Origin: Nitrosarchaeum sp.
GTDB taxonomy: Archaea > Thermoproteota > Nitrososphaeria > Nitrososphaerales > Nitrosopumilaceae
Direction: 5' to 3'
Length of the DNA stretch: 64,000 nucleotides
Assembly: GCA_965223865.1 (NCBI GenBank)
Contig: OZ245020.1
Span: 1,632,001-1,696,000 of the forward strand
The first letter of the stretch is position 1, and each line of letters starts with the position of its first letter. Of the stretch, positions 20,755 to 31,242 are shown piece by piece. The notes below the pieces were generated by a model. It ran no database searches, was not told where the DNA came from, and worked only from the letters and a program-made list of their open reading frames with translations. The position numbers and the translations under genes were made by a program.

Positions 20755-21558
20755 TTATTCAGCAGACAAATCCCAATAACTTGCATCCTCTTGTTTTTCT
20801 GTAGGTTTTTTCAAATTTTTCCATTCTTTAAAAGAACGAACATATAATTTGACATTGGGTAAGCCTACAGATTTTAGTGCATAATAAGCCAAACCTGAAA
20901 GAGTTCCTACACTTCCACAATATGTGATGATTTCAGAATCTCCAGAAACACCTCGATTTTCCAGCAATCTCTTCATGTCTTCTTTGGATCGTAAAATTTT
21001 ATCATTTGTTGAAAGAGTTCTATATGGAAGACTAACTGCACCTGGAATATGTTGTTCTAGATAGTTCAATCTCTCTCTATTGTCAATGAGTAAAACATCT
21101 TCTTTTTCTTTTGATTTTTCTAAATAATCAGACGTTGCAAGAATTTCCGGATTGAGGTTTAACGAATGCTGTTTGCTTTGAATTTCTGGATTTTTAGCAT
21201 CATTTTCTAATCCAAGTGATTTCCACTTGCTGTAGGTGGTTTCAAGTAAAGAAACATCAGAATGGCCAATGTATTCTAATGTCCACGCAACACGAGATGC
21301 AAGGGCTCCAAAGGTGTCATCATAAACTACAACAGATGTTTCATCATCAATACCTAAAGAGTTGAATAATTTTAAAACGCGTTCTGGGCGGTCATCAGAC
21401 AGAAGATTTGCTAAAGGAAGATTGACAGCTGTTGGTATATGATTTTGTTTATAATCGTCTTCACGTCTTACATCAATTACACGTACGCTCTTATCTCGAA
21501 TTTCTGATCTTAGTGAATCAATATCAACAGTAGTTTTGATACTTTTTCCTTGACTCAA
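20755..21558 (-). CDS. Tandem rhodanese-domain sulfurtransferase
   Basis: Two rhodanese repeats (HIPTAV / HIPGAV), catalytic IITYCGS, YVRSFKEW; TTG start overlaps the upstream stop. Confidence 0.92.
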   Translation of the reverse strand: MSQGKSIKTTVDIDSLRSEIRDKSVRVIDVRREDDYKQNHIPTAVNLPLANLLSDDRPERVLKLFNSLGIDDETSVVVYDDTFGALASRVAWTLEYIGHSDVSLLETTYSKWKSLGLENDAKNPEIQSKQHSLNLNPEILATSDYLEKSKEKEDVLLIDNRERLNYLEQHIPGAVSLPYRTLSTNDKILRSKEDMKRLLENRGVSGDSEIITYCGSVGTLSGLAYYALKSVGLPNVKLYVRSFKEWKNLKKPTEKQEDASYWDLSAE

Positions 21559-23363
21559 GCTGCACATTCACCTTTACCAGTCTTTGTATGATAGCTAGTA
21601 TCACTTCCATAATCAGAGTAAAAGTCTGGATCGTCTTCTTTGGTAGGAGGAATTGTGAGAGGTTCTAATATTTTTCTCAAATCATTAACAGATTTAATTT
21701 CAGAGTCTTCTTTGTCATTTACAATTCTATGAATCCACTCCTTGAGGGTATCGTCAGGTTTTTTATTCTCTTTAAAGAGCTCAATAATTTTCAAAATTGT
21801 AGGAATGACTCTTTTTGCAGGAACTCTAGTACAAGTTATTCCAAGCATTGTTTCCCCGTCTGAGCGTCCTCCTAAGGACATTTGGTAGTTTGGATACATC
21901 TCCCTGCCAACTCGTGCTCCACCACCAAAGAATCCGATAGTAGCAATACCATGTTGACCACAAGAGTTTGGACATCCACTAATCTTAATTGAGGAATCAT
22001 GTAGGTCATCATCCTCATCTAGTTTAAGTTCCAAGAATTTTCTCTGAATTTCCTTTGCTAATCTATGAGAATTAGTCAAGGCTAGATTACAAGATGTAGT
22101 GCCCGAACAACCAATAGGCGCAGTCATAGTTAAAGCACCAGATTTTGCAAGACCGATTTCAAGTAATTTAGAATACAATTTTGGTAAATCATCTTCATGA
22201 ACATATCTCAAGGCAATATTTTGGTTAAAGCCAGATCTTGCCTTTCCTTCAGATGAAAAATCTCTAATAAATTCTGCTAATGTGGAAAGCTGATTTGCAG
22301 TAATATCTCCAGCTTCCAATGTAATAAACACTGAACGATAGTCAGATTGTTTTTGTTTTACGGTATTTGTTTTAAGCCATCTTGCATAACCATCAGGTGT
22401 TGGATTTCCTCTCTCATCAGTAATTCGTATTGGTCTTTTGATTTCAGAAAGAGAATCATCAAGATCAAGATGAGTAATTACAGACTGGGTTGCTCTAACA
22501 ATTGCTCGTTCTTTGAGAACAAGATTTTTGAATTTTTCCCATCCCATGTCATTAACAAGATAACGCATTCTGTTTCTTGCAAGATTTTTTCTGTCACCAA
22601 GTCTATCAAAAATTCTCATAACAGCAATTGAAGTATACAGGAGGTCTTCTTCAGGAGTAAATTCTTCTAGTTGATGACCAACAAAGGAACGATTACCCAA
22701 ACCTCCACCTAAGAAAATTTTGAATCCTTTTTGTTTAGAACCATCAATTTCTTTTATCTGTGGAATCAATCCCACATCCACCATTCTTACCATTCCATGT
22801 TTTTCACAACAGGTAAAATTGAATTTGAATTTTCTTGGAAGGCTTTGAGCCATAGGGTTTCGCAAAAAGAATTTTGCAGTTGCAAGTGCATAAGGAGTTG
22901 AATCAAACTCTTCATCAGGACAAACTCCAGACAAAGGACTGCACATCACATTTCTAACAGAATTTCCACATGCTTCTCTAGAGGTAAGGCCAACTTCGGC
23001 AAGACCTCTAAAAATTTCCGAAACGTCTTCTAAAATGACCCAATGTAATTGGATATTTTCTCTTGTTGAAAAATGAGCACTGCCAATAGAAAATTGTTCA
23101 CTGAGTTGAGAAATCTTTTCAAGTTGATGAGGATAAACCTCTCCTGCAGGCAACTTGATTCGAACCATTGCATAATCACTAGTCATTCTTGTACCATATG
23201 CACCATGTTGAAGTCTATACCTCCGAAAACTATCATCATCATATTTTCCTTGACGATATAGTTTTACGGTTTTTGCAAAGTCTTCTGCTTCTTCGGTTTT
23301 AGCCCAATTGATTTTTGGTTTTACAGAATCAGGACGTGACTGCTTAAGATCAGATACTGTCAA
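21555..23363 (-). CDS. Ferredoxin-dependent nitrite/sulfite reductase (siroheme, 4Fe-4S), likely assimilatory sulfite reductase
   Basis: STRENIQLH, LPRKFK, RNRMRYL, CSGTTSC and SGCPNSCG; coupled to a rhodanese gene. Confidence 0.92.
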   Translation of the reverse strand: MTVSDLKQSRPDSVKPKINWAKTEEAEDFAKTVKLYRQGKYDDDSFRRYRLQHGAYGTRMTSDYAMVRIKLPAGEVYPHQLEKISQLSEQFSIGSAHFSTRENIQLHWVILEDVSEIFRGLAEVGLTSREACGNSVRNVMCSPLSGVCPDEEFDSTPYALATAKFFLRNPMAQSLPRKFKFNFTCCEKHGMVRMVDVGLIPQIKEIDGSKQKGFKIFLGGGLGNRSFVGHQLEEFTPEEDLLYTSIAVMRIFDRLGDRKNLARNRMRYLVNDMGWEKFKNLVLKERAIVRATQSVITHLDLDDSLSEIKRPIRITDERGNPTPDGYARWLKTNTVKQKQSDYRSVFITLEAGDITANQLSTLAEFIRDFSSEGKARSGFNQNIALRYVHEDDLPKLYSKLLEIGLAKSGALTMTAPIGCSGTTSCNLALTNSHRLAKEIQRKFLELKLDEDDDLHDSSIKISGCPNSCGQHGIATIGFFGGGARVGREMYPNYQMSLGGRSDGETMLGITCTRVPAKRVIPTILKIIELFKENKKPDDTLKEWIHRIVNDKEDSEIKSVNDLRKILEPLTIPPTKEDDPDFYSDYGSDTSYHTKTGKGECAA

Positions 23364-23546
23364 TACAAGAAAGGTCCTTTGAGTTGTGATATAAATTTTT
23401 GATAAAGGGAGGTTTTAGGATGTAAATTTTCAAGAGAGGGCTTAATTTTCCTATATACAGATTCCCAGGTTATCCTTTTTGAGAATTATTAGTTTATCCT
23501 AATTTATTGAGGGAAAGTATTAATGGGTTCTAAGCAAAAATTTGCC

Positions 23547-24365
23547 ATGCAAAAAGCTACAGTTGCAGAACAATCATCAAAGATATTTACCGAAGTTCGT
23601 GAAGTTGAAATCACACGCGCTATAGCTAATGAATTTCATTCAGTTTTGGTAGACAGAGCTGAATCAGATGTAATTATTATTGGTGCAGGACCTGCAGGAT
23701 TAACTGCAAGTCGTGAATTATCCAACAGAGGATTCAAAGTGTTAGTAATTGAACAGAACAATTACCTAGGCGGAGGATATTGGCTTGGAGGATACATGAT
23801 GAATCCTGTAACAGTTAGAGAACCAGCTCAAAAAATATGGGATGAGTTAGGAGTACCATACAAAAAAGTTGGTGAAGGGCTATACCTCACACCAGGCCCA
23901 CACGCAGTTTCAAAATTAATTGCAGGAGCCTGTGATGCAGGAGTAAAATTCCTAAACCTTACAAAATTTGACGATCTTGTTTTGAAAAGAGGCAGAGTAG
24001 CAGGAATTGTTGTCAATTGGATGCCAGTTTCAGCTTTGCCAAGGAATATCACCTGTGTAGATCCTGTAGCATTTGAAGCAAAAATGATTATCGATGCATC
24101 AGGGCACGATTCAGTTGCAGTAAAAAGACTTGTGGATAGAGGACTAGTAGAATGGAAAGGAATGAATCCAATGTATGTAGATGAAGGAGAAGAGCACGTA
24201 GTTGAAAAAACAGGTGAAATTTACCCAGGATTAATTGCTGCAGGAATGTCAGTTACCGAAACACATGGATTGGCAAGAATGGGACCAACATTTGGCTCTA
24301 TGCTGTATTCAGGAAAAAGAGCAGCAGAAATTGCAGCAGAAAAAATCAAAGAGTTAGAAAGATAA
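23547..24365 (+). CDS. thi4: Thiazole synthase Thi4
   Basis: DVIIIGAGPAGL, GGGYWLGG, TCVDP, DASGHD, RMGPTFGSM. Confidence 0.95.
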   Translation: MQKATVAEQSSKIFTEVREVEITRAIANEFHSVLVDRAESDVIIIGAGPAGLTASRELSNRGFKVLVIEQNNYLGGGYWLGGYMMNPVTVREPAQKIWDELGVPYKKVGEGLYLTPGPHAVSKLIAGACDAGVKFLNLTKFDDLVLKRGRVAGIVVNWMPVSALPRNITCVDPVAFEAKMIIDASGHDSVAVKRLVDRGLVEWKGMNPMYVDEGEEHVVEKTGEIYPGLIAAGMSVTETHGLARMGPTFGSMLYSGKRAAEIAAEKIKELER

Positions 24366-24388
24366 AGAATCAATTTTATTTTGATTCA

Positions 24389-25159
24389 TTGAAAATATCT
24401 AGAATTATTTTCTACGACGAACCATCAGTTCCACAAATTAATCTAGACAATTTGATAGAGTTTACATTTAATACAACAGGGATCATGCCAGAAAAAAGAA
24501 AGTCCATACTCACCTATGGCAATGATAAAACTCCTGAAGAGATTGCAGCTACTAGAATCTTCAAGTTGAGTATTCCATATAGGAAACACATACCAACCAT
24601 TGAAGAAATAGAATTTGAAAAAAAGAACATCATAGATACTTCTTCAAATCAAAACATCACATACTATGATGGATTTGAGTTACAAAATGTTCTAGGAAAA
24701 ATAATTTCAAAAGAAGAATTAAGAGAAGAGATATTTCATGTGATTTTTACAAATAAATTAACATGCACCTACGATTATAGTGATTATCGTTATCACGGAA
24801 GAGCACTGATTGCAACAAATCCTTCAATAATTTCCACAACAGGGATCATTGAGGCTCCAGCAAAACCTCGAGAATATTATATGGAATTAATCACAAAATC
24901 AAGACAAGGAGTAAATTTAGATATACTTAAAGAAAAATACAAAGGAAGATTCTTAGAATATCATGATTCTAGATTATCAAAAATTATTGAAGGGTATTTT
25001 TTACAAGCATTATTTTATTATGAAACAACAGAACCATTTTGCTCAAACAAAGAATGTCGATTGTTTAATGCACATTGGCAAAAAGATCTTTTGCACTCAC
25101 AATTAGAAATAGGTAGGCTTTGTCAAGATCATCAAATGTTATTAGAAAAATTGATATGA
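24389..25159 (+). CDS. Conserved archaeal putative metallopeptidase-like protein (DUF6775-like)
   Basis: DYRYHGRA, GIIEAPAKPREYY, FCSNKECRLFNAHWQ, LCQDH. Confidence 0.65.
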   Translation: MKISRIIFYDEPSVPQINLDNLIEFTFNTTGIMPEKRKSILTYGNDKTPEEIAATRIFKLSIPYRKHIPTIEEIEFEKKNIIDTSSNQNITYYDGFELQNVLGKIISKEELREEIFHVIFTNKLTCTYDYSDYRYHGRALIATNPSIISTTGIIEAPAKPREYYMELITKSRQGVNLDILKEKYKGRFLEYHDSRLSKIIEGYFLQALFYYETTEPFCSNKECRLFNAHWQKDLLHSQLEIGRLCQDHQMLLEKLI

Positions 25160-25180
25160 AATTTGATCAAATGGATTAAA

Positions 25181-25417
25181 CTAGCGTTTTTTATGAGTAC
25201 TTTTTACTTCATCTAAATCTTTGATCATCCATATGAGCAATTCAACTTCGTGTTTATCTAGATTTTCAATCTCATTAATTTTTTTAATTATTAGCGAATT
25301 TGTAGGAGATAATTGGTGGTTATCAATTATTTGAAAATCAGAATGATAAAATCTAGTATTATTTACTACCAATTTTCTAATATTATGACTTAAATTATTG
25401 AAATTAAGAGAAAACAT
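25181..25417 (-). CDS. Small hypothetical protein (start uncertain)
   Basis: The C-terminal half looks protein-like (IIKKINEIENLDKHEVELLIWMIKDL); the N-terminus overlaps the trxB upstream region. Confidence 0.35.
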   Translation of the reverse strand: MFSLNFNNLSHNIRKLVVNNTRFYHSDFQIIDNHQLSPTNSLIIKKINEIENLDKHEVELLIWMIKDLDEVKSTHKKR

Positions 25418-25420
25418 GAC

Positions 25421-26413
25421 ATGATGGCAGCAGATGCAGGTGCAACGGTTCTGGAAAACAAAGATGAAGACATAAAGATGCCAGACAAAAAAAAGACAAA
25501 ATTTGATGTCATAATTATTGGTGCAGGTCCTTCTGGATACACTGCAGGAATTTATTGTTCAAGGGCAGGATATGACACTCTAATTCTTTCAGGCATTTTA
25601 CCTGGAGGACAGTTAGTAAATACAACAGAGGTTGAAAACTATCCAGGATTTGAAAATGGGATTATGGGTCCAGATTTAATGATTGAGATGAGAAAACAGA
25701 CCCAAAGAATGGGCACTACAATTGTAGATGATGAGGCAGTAAATGTAGATTTTAGACGTCAACCATTCAAAGTTTTAACAGCATCCGAAGAATACGAAGG
25801 TAGAGCAGTAATCATTGCAACTGGTGCAAATCCAAAAAAAATAGGTTTAGAAGGAGAACAGACATTTGGAGGAAAGGGGGTATCATATTGTGCAACTTGT
25901 GATGGGCCCTTCTTTAGAAATCAAGAACTAATTGTGGTAGGAGGTGGAGACTCTGCAATAGAGGAGGCAACTTTTCTCACTAAATTTGCAACCACAGTAC
26001 ATCTGATTCATAGAAGAGACGAATTACGTGCCAGTAAAGTAATGCAGGATAGAGCATTTAACAATGAAAAGATCAAGTTTCATTGGGATTCTGCAGTAAT
26101 TGATATCAAAGGAGATCAAAAAATGCAACAAGCAGTGATAAAGAACCTCAAAACAGGAGAGAGAAAAACACTTGATGCAGGAGGACTCTTTGTAGCTATA
26201 GGACATGAGCCTAATACAAAGCTCTTTGTAAATCAAATTGATTTAGATGAGGAAGGATACATCATTTTGAAGAATAAAACAAAGACAAACATTGAGGGTG
26301 TTTTTGCTGCAGGAGATGTACATGATCGAAGTTATAGACAAGCAATTACTGCAGCAGGATTCGGATGTATGGCAGCAATAGATGTCGACAAATATCTCAC
26401 TGGAAGTTCTTAA
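25421..26413 (+). CDS. trxB: Thioredoxin-disulfide reductase
   Basis: GAGPSG, VENYPG, GVSYCATCDG, GGGDSA, FAAGDV, RQAITAAG. Confidence 0.97.
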   Translation: MMAADAGATVLENKDEDIKMPDKKKTKFDVIIIGAGPSGYTAGIYCSRAGYDTLILSGILPGGQLVNTTEVENYPGFENGIMGPDLMIEMRKQTQRMGTTIVDDEAVNVDFRRQPFKVLTASEEYEGRAVIIATGANPKKIGLEGEQTFGGKGVSYCATCDGPFFRNQELIVVGGGDSAIEEATFLTKFATTVHLIHRRDELRASKVMQDRAFNNEKIKFHWDSAVIDIKGDQKMQQAVIKNLKTGERKTLDAGGLFVAIGHEPNTKLFVNQIDLDEEGYIILKNKTKTNIEGVFAAGDVHDRSYRQAITAAGFGCMAAIDVDKYLTGSS

Positions 26414-26680
26414 TCACAACTTGATTGTATAAATGAATAAAAATGTTCAATGCATCATAGATTACAAAAGATTTCAAGAAAAGAAAATTCACACTATACA
26501 ACAATTTCAATAGAAAGGAACCAAATTATCAATTGACTAGGAAATTTCTACACACATTAAAGATTGGATAGTACTCACTAGGAAGGATTCATAAAGTATT
26601 ATGCAGAAATTCCAGATAACACTTGAAAAGATTACGAAAAATAATTATAAACTTTTTTGTTGTCAAAAAGATGAAAATTT

Positions 26681-27154
26681 ATGAGAGATAATACTGATGA
26701 TTTAAAAAAATCTGTAAAAATACATAGTAAAAATTTAGCAAAACTAGGAAAGGAGTTTTCAGAAATCAAGTTTAATTATAAGGTATTAAATGAAACCAAG
26801 GGAAAATATTGGGAAACTCGGATTCACAATTTTAAAAGATATCAACAAAAAGGAATTGAGTATTATACTCAAGTTCATGCTTTGATGGATTTGACAGATA
26901 AAGAAAAAGCAGGAATTTTTTTACTTAGCCTAAGTAAACTGCATCAATTAGGAACAAAATTACTAGAATTATTTGAAGAGATAAAACAAAATCCGTCCAT
27001 AATGTCCTCAAAAGACAAACAACAAAGTAAGTGGAGTAAAGAAATCAAAGATCAGGTAATTGATTATAGCAACAAAGCATTACAACAAGAAACAGACATG
27101 AATGCAAATTTTCGTCAGTTTTACGAAAAGTATCTAAAGAATATTACAGAATAA
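26681..27154 (+). CDS. Hypothetical helical protein
   Basis: 157-aa ATG ORF with a TATA-like ttataaa upstream. Confidence 0.7.
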   Translation: MRDNTDDLKKSVKIHSKNLAKLGKEFSEIKFNYKVLNETKGKYWETRIHNFKRYQQKGIEYYTQVHALMDLTDKEKAGIFLLSLSKLHQLGTKLLELFEEIKQNPSIMSSKDKQQSKWSKEIKDQVIDYSNKALQQETDMNANFRQFYEKYLKNITE

Positions 27155-27162
27155 ATCACACA

Positions 27163-28155
27163 TCAATACGCCAATTCAGACATGTACTTTGCATCTTTTA
27201 AAGATGCTTCAAATTCATCTTCGGTCATAATGTTTTGTTTTGCATATACACTCTTGAATTTTCTTCCATCATCTGCAAATATTCCAACAACACAAGATTT
27301 ACCTTCAATTGGATATTTTTTCATACTTGCATAGACTGCAGCTGAGGAAGGACTAATCAACAATTTATCTTTAGTATAGACTTCTTTTACAACTGAAAAT
27401 GCTTCTTCATTGTCTACTAAAATCCAGTCATCAACCACACTTTCTCGTTTCAAAAACAGGTCAGGTTTTGCAGATTCCTCAAAGTTTCTCCAACCCTGAA
27501 TCAAGTGGTTTTGTTGCGGTTGGCATCCAATGATCTTGATATTTGGGTTTTTTTCTTTAAGATAGGTTCCAATGCCAGTTATTGTGCCCCCAGTTCCAAC
27601 TCCTGTAAAGAAATGAGTTACTTTACCATCAGTCTGCTTCCAGATTTCAGGACCTGTTCCAACATAATGTCCTTTGAAATTAGCCTCATTTGCATATTGG
27701 TTAGGAGAATAATAGGTGTCGGGTCTAGAAGATGCTATTGAGGTTGCAAGTGCAATGCTTTGATCAGTACCTGCACCTACTTTTGGACATAAATCATCGC
27801 TTGTTTCAAAAACTTTGGCGCCAAGACTTCGTATGATATCTTTTGTTTCATTACTTGCCTTTTCAGGTATTACAATCTCAACTTTGTATCCAAGTAAATT
27901 TGCTATTCCAGTTAATGCTATTCCAGTGTTTCCAGAGGTAGGTTCTATTATGATACTTTTTCCTTTAGTCAAGATTCCTTTTTCTTCGCCATCTTTAATC
28001 ATCCAAAATGCAGCCCTATCCTTAACAGATCCAAATGGATTATGACCCTCTAACTTTGCATAGTATTCAGTATTCTCATTAGACAATGATTCTAATTTAA
28101 CAAGAGGAGTATTTCCTACTTTACTTAAAACATCAGTATCAGTAACAGTTGTCAT
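27163..28155 (-). CDS. cysM: PLP-dependent cysteine synthase family protein
   Basis: VGNTPLV, KLEGHNPFGSVKDR, PTSGNTG, GVGTGGT; directly downstream of tusA. Confidence 0.88.
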   Translation of the reverse strand: MTTVTDTDVLSKVGNTPLVKLESLSNENTEYYAKLEGHNPFGSVKDRAAFWMIKDGEEKGILTKGKSIIIEPTSGNTGIALTGIANLLGYKVEIVIPEKASNETKDIIRSLGAKVFETSDDLCPKVGAGTDQSIALATSIASSRPDTYYSPNQYANEANFKGHYVGTGPEIWKQTDGKVTHFFTGVGTGGTITGIGTYLKEKNPNIKIIGCQPQQNHLIQGWRNFEESAKPDLFLKRESVVDDWILVDNEEAFSVVKEVYTKDKLLISPSSAAVYASMKKYPIEGKSCVVGIFADDGRKFKSVYAKQNIMTEDEFEASLKDAKYMSELAY

Positions 28156-28163
28156 GATTTGAC

Positions 28164-28394
28164 TTATTTCACCTTTTTAATTTGAAATGTAATTACATCG
28201 CCATCTTTAGATAGGTCCAATAGTTCATGGCCATTTCGTGTAACCCATCTTGAAATATCATCTTCTGCAGCAGGATCGTCTGCCGAAACGGTTAGAATTT
28301 CACCAACTTGCATTTTTTCAATTTCAATTTTTGTTCGAAAAACAGGTTCAGGACAAAATAATCCTGTTGCATCTAATTTTTTTTCAGCAGACAT
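28164..28394 (-). CDS. tusA: TusA/SirA family sulfur carrier
   Basis: LDATGLFCPEP, ADDPAAEDDI. Confidence 0.92.
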   Translation of the reverse strand: MSAEKKLDATGLFCPEPVFRTKIEIEKMQVGEILTVSADDPAAEDDISRWVTRNGHELLDLSKDGDVITFQIKKVK

Positions 28395-28771
28395 TTCTAT
28401 AATTCATCATGGCCCCTGTGTCATATTAAAAGCTATTCGGGTTTATTCAATAGTCTAAGCTAACAAAAGTATAAATTTTTTCTTGTGGAAATATGCATAT
28501 GTTTTTTCATTTATTTTATTAAAAATATTTTTTATATTCTATTCAAATCACATACATTTTTTCAAAAAAGAAAAAGATATGAATTTCAGTATCTTAAATG
28601 AAATAAATCTTAACAAAAAATATGAAGCTTTAACCACATCATAATTGCGGTAGAGAATTATGGGAAGATCAGAGTTTGTCCAAGATGTAAAAGATACAGA
28701 GGAATAAGATTAGATTACAACATACAGTTTACAACAGATAGATCGTTATTTTTGTATAGAAAAAATAATCC

Positions 28772-29686
28772 CTACAATGCCATCTTAAACATTGTTCCAA
28801 GATTACGCTCCTTCATAAAGCTAGGATCGTAGTTTTGAAAATTAATTTTTTGAGAAATTCTTTTCATCAAATAGATAGCAATTTTATAAAATAAAGACCA
28901 AAGATGGCTGTTTTGATTTGTATTATAAATTCTCAACATTAAAGTTAAAAGCCATTTTGCATTTGGGTAATGCTCAGCAATATATTCAAATAAATATTCT
29001 TTTGAATTGTTGATTTTGTATTTTAGATGGTCTAGTGTTTCATTTTGTAATGCATAACCTGTTTGAGAAATTTCAATTTCCCCCTTTTTCATAGACTGTA
29101 AGATATCATCCAAATTGTTTTCAGAATTTATCACGTTGACACAACGACCTAATGTTGATAATACATGGGAATCACTTCCAGAAACTTGAGTCATGTTATT
29201 ATCTAAAGCAAATTTGGTTGCTTTAGCGTTTGATAAGATATCAACATTATTGCTGTTAAAGACTTCAACCATATCACATTTTTTTGCATCATCACGTAAC
29301 GCATCAAGTAAACTAAATGGATGAGGTGCAGAAGATATTCCATCCTGTTTTCTAACTTCATCAATTAATTCATCTAGTGTAATGCCAGGTTGAATTTCAT
29401 CATGAATTCCATAGGCTAAAACATGAGCACCAGTATCAATTGTTATTTCTTCGGCTGGAAAAACTTTGATATTTTGGAATTTAGAATGATTTTTTTTGTA
29501 TTCTAAAAGTTGGTTATAACCATCAAGAGTGTTATGATTGGTAACAAAAATAGCATCTAATCCTAAACCATATGATCTTTCAAGCTGGTCTCTAATCGAA
29601 ATATTACAATCATAGGGAGGTTCTTTAGTTCCAACATGAAAGTTTGAAAAAGAATTGTGGCAATGTAGTTCAGTTTTTACAGACAA
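28772..29686 (-). CDS. PHP-domain metal-dependent phosphoesterase
   Basis: ELHCH, VTNHN, PHPF, EVFNS, GSDSH. Confidence 0.9.
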   Translation of the reverse strand: MSVKTELHCHNSFSNFHVGTKEPPYDCNISIRDQLERSYGLGLDAIFVTNHNTLDGYNQLLEYKKNHSKFQNIKVFPAEEITIDTGAHVLAYGIHDEIQPGITLDELIDEVRKQDGISSAPHPFSLLDALRDDAKKCDMVEVFNSNNVDILSNAKATKFALDNNMTQVSGSDSHVLSTLGRCVNVINSENNLDDILQSMKKGEIEISQTGYALQNETLDHLKYKINNSKEYLFEYIAEHYPNAKWLLTLMLRIYNTNQNSHLWSLFYKIAIYLMKRISQKINFQNYDPSFMKERNLGTMFKMAL

Positions 29687-29741
29687 TTTTAAGTAGAATA
29701 TTCAGGTTTAGATTATAATCCTATTGCAAGAGATTTGCCAA

Positions 29742-30467
29742 TCAGCGAAAGAGGTCTTCATTTTCAGGTCGAATTAGATCATCAATTGAAGAAGGTTCAT
29801 TTGAAAATTCATAATTTCTAATAATTGCAACTGGAGATTTCTTTGTTTTTTTCATAACTAATTCAGAGGCACTACAAAGTTCATCGGCAACGGCAATTGC
29901 GGTAACTCTCAAAGTCTTATCAAAAGAATCCAGAGTTCCTGCATAATCAAGAATAGGATTCATTCCTGATATCCCTATAGCAAAATCAGTCTGTCCCAAT
30001 CTAAACGGACGACCAAAGGTATCTGCAATAATTATGGCAACAGAATTTTTTGTTTTATCAAAAATTTTCTTTCTGATTAATTCAGCAGAGACATCAGAAT
30101 TAATTGGTAAAAGGGTGGCATAGCCATTTTGCACGTTGCTTTCATCAATTCCAGCATTTGCACAAATAAATCCGTTATTTGTCTCTACGATAATAATTCC
30201 GTTTTTCATTCTTACAATCTTTTTTGACTCTCTTAGAATTAATTCTACAATCCTAGGGTCCTTTTGATATTGAGAACTGATTCCTTCGGCAAGTAAGGAA
30301 GGAGTAACAGAAGACAGATCTACCAGTCTACCTTCTTGTTTTGAGATAATTTTTTGCGCAATAACTAGTATATCCCCTTCAGAAATATCCTCAGATTTTA
30401 AAATTAGTTCAACAATGTCGTCATCTGGTTCAATATCTTTTTTTATGTATACAGGTATAATTTCCAA
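29742..30467 (-). CDS. cofE: Coenzyme F420-0:L-glutamate ligase
   Basis: KIISKQEG, CANAGIDESN, DTFGRPFRLG, ADELCS, C-terminal DLFR. Confidence 0.95.
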   Translation of the reverse strand: MEIIPVYIKKDIEPDDDIVELILKSEDISEGDILVIAQKIISKQEGRLVDLSSVTPSLLAEGISSQYQKDPRIVELILRESKKIVRMKNGIIIVETNNGFICANAGIDESNVQNGYATLLPINSDVSAELIRKKIFDKTKNSVAIIIADTFGRPFRLGQTDFAIGISGMNPILDYAGTLDSFDKTLRVTAIAVADELCSASELVMKKTKKSPVAIIRNYEFSNEPSSIDDLIRPENEDLFR

Positions 30468-30500
30468 TTATCAAATATTTGAAACAACGGTAAATTATTG

Positions 30501-31151
30501 TTATGCAGTAGTGGTGGTTTTAAGTTCTGATTTGTAGTGTCTATTAATAATATCAAGTATTTTTGAAAGATCCTTTTCTTCTAATGTGGTAGTTGCTAAA
30601 TCTTTTACCAAATCTTGAGCTCTATAGGCAATGCCTAGTCCACAAATATCAAATAATTTAACATCATTTGCACCATCTACGACACATGCAATGTCTTCTT
30701 TCTTTTCATTCCATTCATCTATTTTTATTTTAGCAGATTTTGCTTTATCAGAATCTACATTAATTTTTACACCATCTAGTTTTCCATCTTGAAAAATCAA
30801 TTCATTTGAGAAAACATGATCTAGACCAAGTTCGTCTTTTAACCTGTCAGTCATTATTGTAAATCCACCAGAAACTGCCATTAATTTCCATCCTGCAGAC
30901 TTCAAAACTCTACAAGCTTCTTTGGCCCCAGTCATAATCGGCAATTCGTCTGCAACTTCTTTACAAGTTTCATAATCCAATCCTTTTAGAGCATTAACTC
31001 GGGTTCGAAGACCTTCTTCCCAATTAATTACACCTTGTATTCCTTTTTTTGTTATTTCCCAAATTTCATCTTCTTTGTTTAATTTTTCAGCAAGAATTGG
31101 CAAATATTCAGCATCATAAAGAACTCCTTCAACATCAAAAATTACAAGCAA
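30501..31151 (-). CDS. serB: Phosphoserine phosphatase (HAD)
   Basis: FDVEGVL, LRTRVNALKG, VSGGF, DGAND. Confidence 0.88.
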   Translation of the reverse strand: MLVIFDVEGVLYDAEYLPILAEKLNKEDEIWEITKKGIQGVINWEEGLRTRVNALKGLDYETCKEVADELPIMTGAKEACRVLKSAGWKLMAVSGGFTIMTDRLKDELGLDHVFSNELIFQDGKLDGVKINVDSDKAKSAKIKIDEWNEKKEDIACVVDGANDVKLFDICGLGIAYRAQDLVKDLATTTLEEKDLSKILDIINRHYKSELKTTTTA

Positions 31152-31242
31152 GTGTTATCTGATTTGCAGAAAAATGTTAATTATATTAAAGTTGATACTA
31201 TATTTTTTAATTATATATTTTCATGAATTTTGATCGCAGTTA

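Noticed and set aside
23364-23546. TPP riboswitch upstream of thi4
   Set aside because: No recognisable TPP aptamer core or stems; it looks like a divergent promoter region.
28622-28760. Possible decayed zinc-finger microgene (NCGREL / VCPRCK in different frames)
   Set aside because: Fragments are too short and broken to distinguish from chance.
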